This document shows positions 12,301 through 24,174 of a DNA stretch of 64,000 bases, in pieces. The notes under the pieces were generated by a model, which worked only from the letters and a program-made list of their open reading frames with translations, did not search any database and had not been told where the DNA came from. The position numbers and the translations under genes are program-made. Source of the stretch: Eledone cirrhosa (lineage: Eukaryota); contig OZ024740.1 in the NCBI GenBank assembly GCA_964016885.1, positions 279,186,001-279,250,000 of the forward strand, in the 5' to 3' direction. How positions within the stretch are numbered: position 1 is the stretch's first letter; each line of letters begins with the position of its first letter.

Positions 12301-15300
12301 TTTCCAGCCGTCCAAGGAGAGATAATTTAAAAAAAAATCAGGCGGAGATAATTTGTAAAAAAAAATCAGGGGGAGATAATTTGTAAAAAAAATCAGGGGG
12401 AGATAATTTGTAAAAAAAAATCAGGGGTAGATAATTTGTAAAAAAAAATCAGGGGGAGATAATTTGTAAAAAAAAATCAGGAGGAGATAATTTGTAAAAA
12501 AAATCAAGGGGAGATAATTTCCAGCCGTCCAAGGAGAGATAATTTTAAAAAAAATCAGGCGGAGATAATTTGTAAAAAAAAATCAGGGGGAGATAATTTG
12601 TAAAAAAAAATCAGGGGGAGATAATTTGTAAAAAAAATCAAGGGGAGATAATTTCCAGCCGTCCAAGGGGAGATAATTTTCAGCCGTCCAAGGGGAGATA
12701 ATTTCCAGCCAGCGAAGGGGAGATAATTTTTTTTAAAAAATCATTGGGAGATTTGTAAAAAAAATCAGGGGGAGATAATTTGTAAAAAAAATCAAGGGGA
12801 GATAATTTCCAGCCGTCCAAGGGGAGGTAATATCTAGCCGTCCAAGGGGAGATAATTTCCAGCCGTCCAAGGGGAGATAATTTCCAGCCGTCCCAGGGTA
12901 GATAATATCCAGCCGCCCAAGGACATATTTTCCAGCCGTCCAAGGAGAGGTAATTTCTAGCCGTCCAAGGGGAGATAAATTCCAGCCTCCAAGGGGAGAT
13001 AATTTCCAGCCAGCCAAGGGGAGATAATTTGTAAAAAAATCAGGGGGAGATAATTTGTAAAAAAAATCAGGGGGAGATAATTTGTAAAAAAAAATCAGGG
13101 GGAGATAATTTGCAAAAAAAATCAGGGGGAGATAATTTGTAAAAAAAAATCAGGGGTAGATAATTTGTAAAAAAAAATCAGGGGGAGATAATTTGTAAAA
13201 AAAAATCAGGGGGAGATAATTTGTAAAAAAAATCAAGGGGAGATAATTTCCAGCCGTCCAAGGAGAGATAATTTTAAAAAAAATCAGGCGGAGATAATTT
13301 GTAAAAAAAAATCAGGGGGAGATAATTTGTAAAAAAAATCAGGGGGAGATAATTTGTAAAAAAAAATCAGGGGTAGATAATTTGTAAAAAAAAATCAGGG
13401 GGAGATAATTTGTAAAAAAAAATCAGGGGGAGATAATTTGTAAAAAAAATCAAGGGGAGATAATTTCCAGCCGTCCAAGGAGAGATAATTTTAAAAAAAA
13501 TCAGGCGGAGATAATTTGTAAAAAAAAATTAGGGGGAGATAATTTGTAAAAAAAAATCAGGGGGAGATAATTTGTAAAAAAAATCAAGGGGAGATAATTT
13601 CCAGCCGTCCAAGGGGAGATAATTTTCAGCCGTCCAAGGGGAGATAATTTCCCGCCAGCCAAGGGAAGATAATATTCAAAAAAATCAGGCGGAGATAATT
13701 TGTAAAAAAAATCAGGGGGAGATAATTTGTAAAAAAATCAGGGGGAGATAATTTGTAAAAAAAAAAATCAGGGGGAGATAATTTGTAAAAAAAATCAGGG
13801 GGAGATAATTTGTAAAAAAAAATCAGGGGTAGATAATTTGTAAAAAAAAATCAGGGGGAGATAATTTGTAAAAAAAAATCAGGGGGAGATAATTTGTAAA
13901 AAAAATGAAAGGGGAGATAATATCCAGCCGTCCAAGGGGAGATAATTTCCAGCCGTCCAAGGGGAGATAATTTCCAGCCGTCCAAGGGGAGATAATTTCC
14001 ATCCTTCCAAGGGGATATAATTTCCAGCCGTCCAAGGGGAGATAATTTCCATCCTTCCAAGGGGATATAATTTCCAGCCGTCCAAGGGGAGATAATTTTC
14101 AGCCGTCCAAGGAGAGGTAATTTCTAGCCGTCCAAGGAGAGATAATTTCCAGCCGTCCAAGGGGAGATAATTTCCAGCCGTCCAAGGGGAGATAATTTCC
14201 AGCCGTCCAAGGAGACATATTTTCCAGCCGTCCAAGGAGAGGTAATTCCTAGCCGTCCAAGGGGAGATAAATTCCAGCCTCCAAGGGGAGATAATTTCCA
14301 GCCAGCCAAGGGGAGATAATTTGTAAAAAAAATCAGGGGGAGATAATTTGTAAAAAAAATCAGGGGGAGATAATTTGTAAAAAAAAATCAGGGGGAGATA
14401 ATTTGTAAAAAATAATCAGGGGGAGATAATTTGTAAAAAAAATCAAGGGGAGATAATTTCCAGCCGTCCAAGGGGAGATAATTTTCAGCCGTCCAAGGGG
14501 AGATAATTTCCCGCCAGCCAAGGGAAGATAATATTTAAAAAAATTAGGCGGAGATAATTTGTAAAAAAAATCAGGGGGAGATAATTTGTAAAAAAATCAG
14601 GGGGAGATAATTTGTAAAAAAAATCAGGGGGAGATAATTTGTAAAAAAAATCAGGGGGAGATAATTTGTAAAAAAAAATCAGGGGGAGATAATTTGTAAA
14701 AAAAATCAAGGGGAGATAATTTCCAGCCGTCCAAGGGAAGATAATTTCCAGCCCTCCAAGGGGCTATAATTTCCAGCGTCCAAGGGGAGATAATTTCCAG
14801 CCAGCGAAGGGGAGATAATTTTTTTAAAAAAATCATTGGGAGATTTGTAAAAAAAATCAGGGGGAGATAATTTGTAAAAAAAATCAAGGGGAGATAATTT
14901 CCAGCCGTCCAAGGGGAGGTAATATCTAGCCGTCCAAGGGGAGATAATTTCCAGCCGTCCAAGGGGAGATAATTTCCAGCCGTCCAAGGGTAGATAATAT
15001 CCAGCCGTCCAAGGACATATTTTCCAGCCGTCCAAGGAGAGGTAATTTCTAGCCGTCCAAGGGGAGATAAATTCCAGCCTCCAAGGTGAGATAATTTCCA
15101 GCCAGCCAAGGGGAGATAATTTGTAAAAAAATCAGGGGGAGATAATTTGTAAAAAAAATCAGGGGGAGATAATTTGTAAAAAAAAATCAGGGGGAGATAA
15201 TTTGTAAAAAAAATCAGGGGGAGATAATTTGTAAAAAAAAATCAGGGGGAGATAATTTGTAAAAAAAATCAAGGGGAGATAATTTCCAGCCGTCCAAGGG

Positions 15301-16581
15301 GAGATAATTTCCCGCCAGCCAAGGGAAGATAATATTTAAAAAAATCAGGCGGAGATAATTTGTAAAAAAAATCAGGGGGAGATAATTTGTAAAAAAATCA
15401 GGGGGAGATAATTTGTAAAAAAAATCAGGGGGAGATAATTTGTAAAAAAAAATCAGGGGTAGATAAATTGTAAAAAAAAATCAGGGGGAGATAATTTGTA
15501 AAAAAAATCAGGGGGAGATAATTTGTAAAAAAAATGAAAGGGGAGATAATATCCAGCCGTCCAAGGGGAGATAATTTCCAGCCGTCCAAGGGGAGATAAT
15601 TTCCAGCCGTCCAAGGGGAGATAATTTCCATCCTTCCAAGGGGATATAATTTCCAGCCGTCCAAGGGGAGATAATTTCCCGCCAGCCAAGGGAAGATAAT
15701 TTTTAAAAAAATCAGGCGGAGATTGTAAAAAAAATCAGGGGGGAGATAATTTGTAAAAAAATCAGGGGGAGATAATTTGTAAAAAAAAATCAGGGGGAGA
15801 TAATTTGTAAAAAATAATCAGGGGGAGATAATTTGTAAAAAAAAATCAAGGGGAGATAATTTCCAGCCGTCCAAGGGGAGATAATTTCCCGCCAGCCAAG
15901 GGAAGATAATATTTAAAAAAATTAGGCGGAGATAATTTGTAAAAAAAATCAGGGGGAGATAATTTGTAAAAAAATCAGGGGGAGATAATTTGTAAAAAAA
16001 ATCAGGGGGAGATAATTTGTAAAAAAAATCATGGGGAGATAATTTGTAAAAAAAAATCAGGGGTAGATAATTTGTAAAAAAAAATCAGGGGGAGATAATT
16101 TGTAAAAAAAAATCAGGGGGAGATAATTTGTAAAAAAAATCAAGGGGAGATAATTTCCAGCCGTCCAAGGGGAGATAATTTTCAGCTGTCCAAGGAGAGG
16201 TAATTTCTAGCCGTCCAAGGGGAGATAATTTCCAGCCGTCCAAGGGGAGGTAATTTCCAGCCGTCCAAGGGGAGATAATTTTAAAAAAAAAATCAGGCGG
16301 AGATAATTTGTAAAAAAAATCAAGGGGAGATAATTTGCAGCCGTCCAAGGGGAGATAATTTTCAGTCGTCCAAGGAGAGGTAATTTCTAGCCGTCCAAGG
16401 GGAGATAATTGCCAGCCGTCCAAGGGGAGATAATTTCCAGCCGTCCAAGGGGAGATAATTTTTTTTAAAAAATCAGGCGGAGATAATTTGTAAAAAAAAT
16501 CAGGGGGAGATAATTTGTAAACAAAATCAGGGGGAGATAATTTGTAAAAAAAAATCAGGGGGAGATAATTTGTAAAAAAAA
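9334..16581 (+). repeat. Higher-order repeat unit, 7,248 bp
   Basis: Anchor 9334 to anchor 16582. Diagnostic modules occur in the same order as in 503-7442: atgaaagggg, ttaggcgtag, ggggctata, aattcctag, ggggctata, atgaaagggg. Confidence 0.75.
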
Positions 16582-18093
16582 TCATGGAGAGATAATTTCC
16601 AGCCGTCCAAGGTGAGATAATTTCCAGCCGTCCAAGGAGACATATTTTCCAGCCGTCCAAGGCGAGGTAATTTCTAGCCGTCCAAGGGGAGATAAATTCC
16701 AGCCTCCAAGGGGAGATAATTTCCAGCCAGCCAAGTGGAGATAATTTGTAAAAAAATCAGGGGGAGATAATTTGTAAAAAATATCAGGGAGATAATTTGT
16801 AAAAAAAAATCAGGGGGAGATAATTTGTAAAAAAAATCAGGGGGAGATAATTTGTAAAAAAAAATCAGGGGGAGATAATTTGTAAAAAAAATCAAGGGGA
16901 GATAATTTCCAGCCGTCCAAGGGGAGATAATTTTCAGCCGTCCAAGGGGAGATAATTTCCCGCCAGCCATGGGAAGATAATATTTAAAAAAATCAGGCGG
17001 AGATAATTTGTAAAAAAAATCAGGGGGAGATAATTTGTAAAAAAAATGAAAGGGGAGATAATATCCAGCCGTCCAAGGGGAGATAATTTCCAGCCGTCCA
17101 AGGGGAGATAATTTCCAGCCGTCCAAGGGGAGATAATTTCCATCCTTCCAAGGGGATATAATTTCCAGCCGTCCAAGGGGAGATAATTTCCCGCCAGCCA
17201 AGGGAAGATAATTTTTAAAAAAATCAGGCGGAGATTGTAAAAAAAATCAGGGGGGAGATAATTTGTAAAAAAATCAGGGGGAGATAATTTGTAAAAAAAA
17301 ATCAGGGGGAGATAATTTGTAAAAAATAATCAGGGGGAGATAATTTGTAAAAAAAAATCAAGGGGAGATAATTTCCAGCCGTCCAAGGGGAGATAATTTC
17401 CCGCCAGCCAAGGGAAGATAATATTTAAAAAAATTAGGCGGAGATAATTTGTAAAAAAAATCAGGGGGAGATAATTTGTAAAAAAATCAGGGGGAGATAA
17501 TTTGTAAAAAAAATCAGGGGGAGATAATTTGTAAAAAAAATCATGGGGAGATAATTTGTAAAAAAAAATCAGGGGTAGATAATTTGTAAAAAAAAATCAG
17601 GGGGAGATAATTTGTAAAAAAAAATCAGGGGGAGATAATTTGTAAAAAAAATCAAGGGGAGATAATTTCCAGCCGTCCAAGGGGAGATAATTTTCAGCTG
17701 TCCAAGGAGAGGTAATTTCTAGCCGTCCAAGGGGAGATAATTTCCAGCCGTCCAAGGGGAGGTAATTTCCAGCCGTCCAAGGGGAGATAATTTTAAAAAA
17801 AAAATCAGGCGGAGATAATTTGTAAAAAAAATCAAGGGGAGATAATTTGCAGCCGTCCAAGGGGAGATAATTTTCAGTCGTCCAAGGAGAGGTAATTTCT
17901 AGCCGTCCAAGGGGAGATAATTGCCAGCCGTCCAAGGGGAGATAATTTCCAGCCGTCCAAGGGGAGATAATTTTTTTTAAAAAATCAGGCGGAGATAATT
18001 TGTAAAAAAAATCAGGGGGAGATAATTTGTAAACAAAATCAGGGGGAGATAATTTGTAAAAAAAAATCAGGGGGAGATAATTTGTAAAAAAAA
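16582..18093 (+). repeat. Local tandem duplication, 1,512 bp
   Basis: Identical 191-aa pseudo-ORFs at 16085-16660 and 17597-18172 (offset 1,512). Both copies carry the rare cagctgtcc and gccatgggaag variants. Confidence 0.8.
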
Positions 18094-21000
18094 TCATGGA
18101 GAGATAATTTCCAGCCGTCCAAGGTGAGATAATTTCCAGCCGTCCAAGGAGACATATTTTCCAGCCGTCCAAGGCGAGGTAATTTCTAGCCGTCCAAGGG
18201 GAGATAAATTCCAGCCTCCAAGGGGAGATAATTTCCAGCCAGCCAAGTGGAGATAATTTGTAAAAAAATCAGGGGGAGATAATTTGTAAAAAATATCAGG
18301 GAGATAATTTGTAAAAAAAAATCAGGGGGAGATAATTTGTAAAAAAAATCAGGGGGAGATAATTTGTAAAAAAAAATCAGGGGGAGATAATTTGTAAAAA
18401 AAATCAAGGGGAGATAATTTCCAGCCGTCCAAGGGGAGATAATTTTCAGCCGTCCAAGGGGAGATAATTTCCCGCCAGCCATGGGAAGATAATATTTAAA
18501 AAAATCAGGCGGAGATAATTTGTAAAAAAAATCAGGGGGAGATAATTTGTAAAAAAATCAGGGGGAGATAATTTGTAAAAAAAAATCAGGGGGAGATAAT
18601 TTGTAAAAAAAATCAGGGGGAGATAATTTGTAAAAAAAAATCAGGGGTAGATAATTTGTAAAAAAAAATCAGGGGGAGATAATTTGTAAAAAAAAATCAG
18701 GGGGAGATAATTTGTAAAAAAATGAAAGGGGAGATAATATCCAGCCGTCCAAGGGGAGATAATTTCCAGCCGTCCAAGGGGATATAATTTCCAGCCGTCC
18801 AAGGGGAGATAATTTCCATCCTTCCAAGGGGATATAATTTCCAGCCGTCCAAGGGGAGATAATTTCCCGCCAGCCAAGGGAAGATAATTTTTGAAAAAAT
18901 CAGGCGGAGATTGTAAAAAAAATCAGGGGGGAGATAATTTGTAAAAAAATCAGGAGGAGATAATTTGTAAAAAATAATCAGGGGGAGATAATTTGTAAAA
19001 AAATTCAAGGGGAGATAATTTCCAGCCGTCCAAGGGGAGATAATTTCCCGCCAGCCAAGGGAAGATAATATTTAAAAAAATTAGGCGGAGATAATTTGTA
19101 AAAAAAATCAGGGGGAGATAATTTGTAATAAAATCAGGGGGAGATAATTTGTAAAAAAAATCAGGGGGAGATAATTTGTAAAAAAAATCATGGGGAGATA
19201 ATTTGTAAAAAAAAATCAGGGGTAGATAATTTGTAAAAAAAAATCAGGGGGAGATAATTTGTAAAAAAAAATCAGGGGGAGATAATTTGTAAAAAAATCA
19301 AGGGGAGATAATATCCAGCCGTCCAAGGAGAGATAATTTTAAAAAAAAATGAGGCGGAGATAATTTGTAAAAAAAAAATCAGGGGGAGTTAATTTGTAAA
19401 AAAAAATGAGGGGGAGATAATTTGTAAAAAAAATCAAGGGGAGATAATTTCCAGCCGTCCAAGGGGAGATAATTTTCAGCCGTCCAAGGAGAGGTAATTT
19501 CTAGCCGTCCAAGGGGAGATAATTTCCAGCCGTCCAAGGGGAGGTAATTTCCAGCCGTCCAAGGGGAGATAAATTAAAAAAAAATTCAGGCGGAGATAAT
19601 TTGTAAAAAAAATCAAGGGGAGATAATTTGCAGCCGTCCAATGGGAGATAATTTTCAGTCGTCCAAGGAGAGGTAATTTCTAGCCGTCCAAGGGGAGATA
19701 ATTTCCAGCCGTCCAAGGGGAGATAATTTCCAGCCGTCCAAGGGGAGATAATTTTTTTTTAAAAATCAGGCGGAGATAATTTGTAAAAAAAATCAGGGGG
19801 AGATAATTTGTAAACAAAATCAGGGGGAGATAATTTGTAAAAAAAAATCAGGGGGAGATAATTTGTAAAAAAAATTAGGCGTAGATAATTTGTAAAAAAA
19901 TATCAGGGGGAGATAATTTGTAAAAAAAAATCAGGGGGAGATAATTTGTTTAAAAAATCAAGGGGAGATAATTTGCAGCCGTCCAAGGGGAGATAATTTT
20001 CAGCCGTCCAAGGAGAGGTAATTTCTAGCCGTTCAAGGGGAGATAATTTCCAGCCGTCCAAGGGGAGATAATTTCCAGCCGTCCAAGGGGAGATAATTTT
20101 TTTTAAAAAATCAGGCGGAGATAATTCGTAAAAAAAAATCAGGGGGAGATAATTTGTAAAAAAAAATCAGGGGGAGATAATTTGTAAAAAAAATCAAGGG
20201 GAGATAATTTCCAGCCGTCCAAGGGGAGGTAATATCTAGCCGTCCAAGGGGAGATAATTTCCAGCCGTCCAAGGGGAGATAATTTCCAGCCGTCCAAGGG
20301 GAGATAATTTCCAGCCGTCCAAGGAGACATATTTTCCAGCCGTCCAAGGCGAGGTAATTTCTAGCCGTCCAAGGGGAGATAAATTCCAGCCTCCAAGGGG
20401 AGATAATTTCCAGCCAGCCAAGGGGAGATAATTTGTAAAAAAATCAGGGGGAGATAATTTGTAAAAAATATCAGGGAGATAATTTGTAAAAAAAAATCAG
20501 GGGGAGATAATTTGTAAAAAAAATCAGGGGGAGATAATTTGTAAAAAAAAATCAGGGGGAGATAATTTGTAAAAAAAATCAAGGGGAGATAATTTCCAGC
20601 CGTCCAAGGGGAGATAATTTTCAGCCGTCCAAGGAGAGGTAATTTCTAGCCGTCCGAGGAGAGATAATTTCCAGCCGTCCAAGGGGAGATAATTTCCAGC
20701 CGTCCAAGGGGAGATAATTTCCAGCCGTCCAAGGAGACATATTTTCCAGCCGTCCAAGGAGAGGTAATTTCTAGCCGTCCAAGGGGAGATAAATTCCAGC
20801 CTCCAAGGGGAGATAATTTCCAGCCAGCCAAGGGGAGATAATTTGTAAAAAAATCAGGGGGAGATAATTTGCAAAAAAAATCAGGGGGAGATAATTTGTA
20901 AAAAAATCAGGGGGAGATAATTTGTAAAAAATAATCAGGGGGAGATAATTTCCAGCCGTCGAAGGGGAGATAATTTAAAAAAAAATCAGGCGGAGATAAT

Positions 21001-24000
21001 TTGTAAAAAAAAATCAGGGGGAGATAATTTGTAAAAAAAAATCAGGGGGAGATAATTTGTAAAATAAATCAAGGGGAGATAATTTCCAGCCGTCCAAGGG
21101 GAGATAATTTTCAGCCGTCCAAGGGGAGATAATTTCCCGCCAGCCAAGGGAAGATAATATTTAAAAAAATCAGGCGGAGATAATTTGTAAAAAAAATCAG
21201 GGGGAGATAATTTGTAAAAAAATCAGGGGGAGATAATTTGTAAAAAAAAATCAGGGGGCGATAATTTGTAAAAAAAATCAGGGGGAGATAATTTGTAAAA
21301 AAAAATCAGGGGGAGATAATTTGTAAAAAAAAATCAGGGGGAGATAATTTGTAAAAAAAATGAAAGGGGAGATAATATCCAGCCGTCCAAGGGGAGATAA
21401 TTTCCAGCCGTCCAAGGGGAGATAATTTCCAGCCGTCCAAGGGGAGATAATTTCCATCCTTCCAAGGGGATATAATTTCCAGCCGTCCAAGGGGAGATAA
21501 TTTCCATCCTTCCAAGGGGATATAATTTCCAGCCGTCCAAGGGGAGATAATTTTCAGCCGTCCAAGGAGAGGTAATTTCTAGCCGTCCAAGGAGAGATAA
21601 TTTCCAGCCGTCCAAGGGGAGATAATTTCCAGCCGTCCAAGGGGAGATAATTTCCAGCCGTCCAAGGAGACATATTTTCCAGCCGTCCAAGGAGAGGTAA
21701 TTCCTAGCCGTCCAAGGGGAGATAAATTCCAGCCTCCAAGGGGAGATAATTTCCAGCCAGCCAAGGGGAGATCATTTGTAAAAAAAATCAGGGGGAGATA
21801 ATTTGTAAAAAAAATCAGGGGGAGATAATTTGTAAAAAAAAATCAGAGGGAGATAATTTGTAAAAAATAATCAGGGGGAGATAATTTGTAAAAAAAATCA
21901 AGGGGAGATAATTTCCAGCCGTCCAAGGGGAGATAATTTTCAGCCGTCCAAGGGGAGATAATTTCCCGCCAGCCAAGGGAAGATAATATTTAAAAAAATT
22001 AGGCGGAGATAATTTGTAAAAAAAATCAGGGGGAGATAATTTGTAAAAAAATCAGGGGGAGATAATTTGTAAAAAAAATCAGGGGGAGATAATTTGTAAA
22101 AAAAAATCAGGGGTAGATAATTTGTAAAAAAAAATCAGGGGGAGATAATTTGTAAAAAAAATCAGGGGGAGATAATTTGTAAAAAAAATCAGGGGGAGAT
22201 AATTTGTAAAAAAAATCAGGGGTAGATAATTTGTAAAAAAAAATCAGGGGGAGATAATTTGTAAAAAAAATCAAGGGGAGATAATTTCCAGCCGTCCAAG
22301 GGAAGATAATTTCCAGCCCTCCAAGGGGCTATAATTTCCAGCGTCCAAGGGGAGATAATTTCCAGCCAGCGAAGGGGAGATAATTTTTTTTTCAAAATCA
22401 TTGGGAGATTTGTAAAAAAAATCAGGGGGAGATAATTTGTAAAAAAAATCAAGGGGAGATAATTTCCAGCCGTCCAAGGGGAGGTAATATCTAGCCGTCC
22501 AAGGGGAGATAATTTCCAGCCGTCCAAGGGTAGATAATATCCAGCCGTCCAAGGACATATTTTCCAGCCGTCCAAGGAGAGGTAATTTCTAGCCGTCCAA
22601 GGGGAGATAAATTCCAGCCTCCAAGGGGAGATAATTTCCAGCCAGCCAAGGGGAGATAATTTGTAAAAAAATCAGGGGGAGATAATTTGTAAAAAAAATC
22701 AGGGGGAGATAATTTGTAAAAAAAAATCAGGGGGAGATAATTTGTAAAAAAAAATCAGGGGGAGATAATTTGTAAAAAAAATCAGGGGGAGATAATTTGT
22801 AAAAAAAATCAAGGGGAGATCATTTCCAGCCGTCCAAGGGAGATAATTTTCAGCCGTCCAAGGGGAGATAATTTCCCGCCAGCCAAGGGAAGATAATATT
22901 TAAAAAAATCAGGCGGAGATAATTTGTAAAAAAAATCAGGGGGAGATAATTTGTAAAAAAATCAGGGGGAGATAATTTGTAAAAGAAAAATCAGGGGGAG
23001 ATAATTTGTAAAAAAAATCAGGGGGAGATAATTTGTAAAAAAAAATCAGGGGTAGATAATTTGTAAAAAAAAATCAGGGGGAGATAATTTGTAAAAAAAA
23101 TCAGAGGGAGATAATTTGTAAAAAAAATGAAAGGGGAGATAATATCCAGCCGTCCAAGGGGAGATAATTTCCAGCCGTCCAAGGGGAGATAATTTCCAGC
23201 CGTCCAAGGGGAGATAATTTCCATCCTTCCAAGGGGATATAATTTCCAGCCGTCCAAGGGGAGATAATTTCCCGCCAGCCAAGGTAAGATAATTTTTAAA
23301 AAAATCAGGCGGAGATTGTAAAAAAAATCAGAGGGGAGATAATTTGTAAAAAAATCAGGGGGAGATAATTTGTAAAAAAAAATCAGGGGGAGATAATTTG
23401 TAAAAAATAATCAGGGGGAGATAATTTGTAAAAAAAAATCAAGGGGAGATAATTTCCAGCCGTCCAAGGGGAGATAATTTCCCGCCAGCCAAGGGAAGAT
23501 AATATTTAAAAAAATTAGGCGGAGATAATTTGTAAAAAAAATCAGGGGGAGATAATTTGTAAAAAAATCAGGGGGAGATAATTTGTAAAAAAAATCAGGG
23601 GGAGATAATTTGTAAAAAAAATCATGGGGAGATAATTTGTAAAAAAAAATCAGGGGTAGATAATTTGTAAAAAAAAATCAGGGGGAGATAATTTGTAAAA
23701 AAAAATCAGGGGGAGATAATTTGTAAAAAAAATCAAGGGGAGATAATTTCCAGCCGTCCAAGGGGAGATAATTTTCAGCCGTCCAAGAAGAGGTAATTTC
23801 TAGCCGTCCAAGGGGAGATAATTTCCAGCCGTCCAAGGGGAGGTAATTTCCAGCCGTCCAAGGGGAGATAATTTTTTAAAAAAAATCAGGCGGAGATAAT
23901 TTGTAAAAAAAATCAAGGGGAGATACTTTGCAGCCGTCCAAGGGGAGATAATTTTCAGTCGTCCAAGGAGAGGTAATTTCTAGCCGTCCAAGGGGAGATA

Positions 24001-24174
24001 ATTTCCAGCCGTCCAAGGGGAGATAATTTCCAGCCGTCCAAGGGGAGATAATTTTTTTTTAAAAATCAGGCGGAGATAATTTGTAAAAAAAATCAGGGGG
24101 AGATAATTTGTAAACAAAATCAGGGGGAGATAATTTGTAAAAAAAAATCAGGGGGAGATAATTTGTAAAAAAAA
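18094..24174 (+). repeat. Higher-order repeat unit, 6,081 bp, more diverged in its distal half
   Basis: Anchor 18094 to a variant anchor (tcaaggagag) at 24175. Many private substitutions lie between 20.9 and 24.2 kb. Confidence 0.65.
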
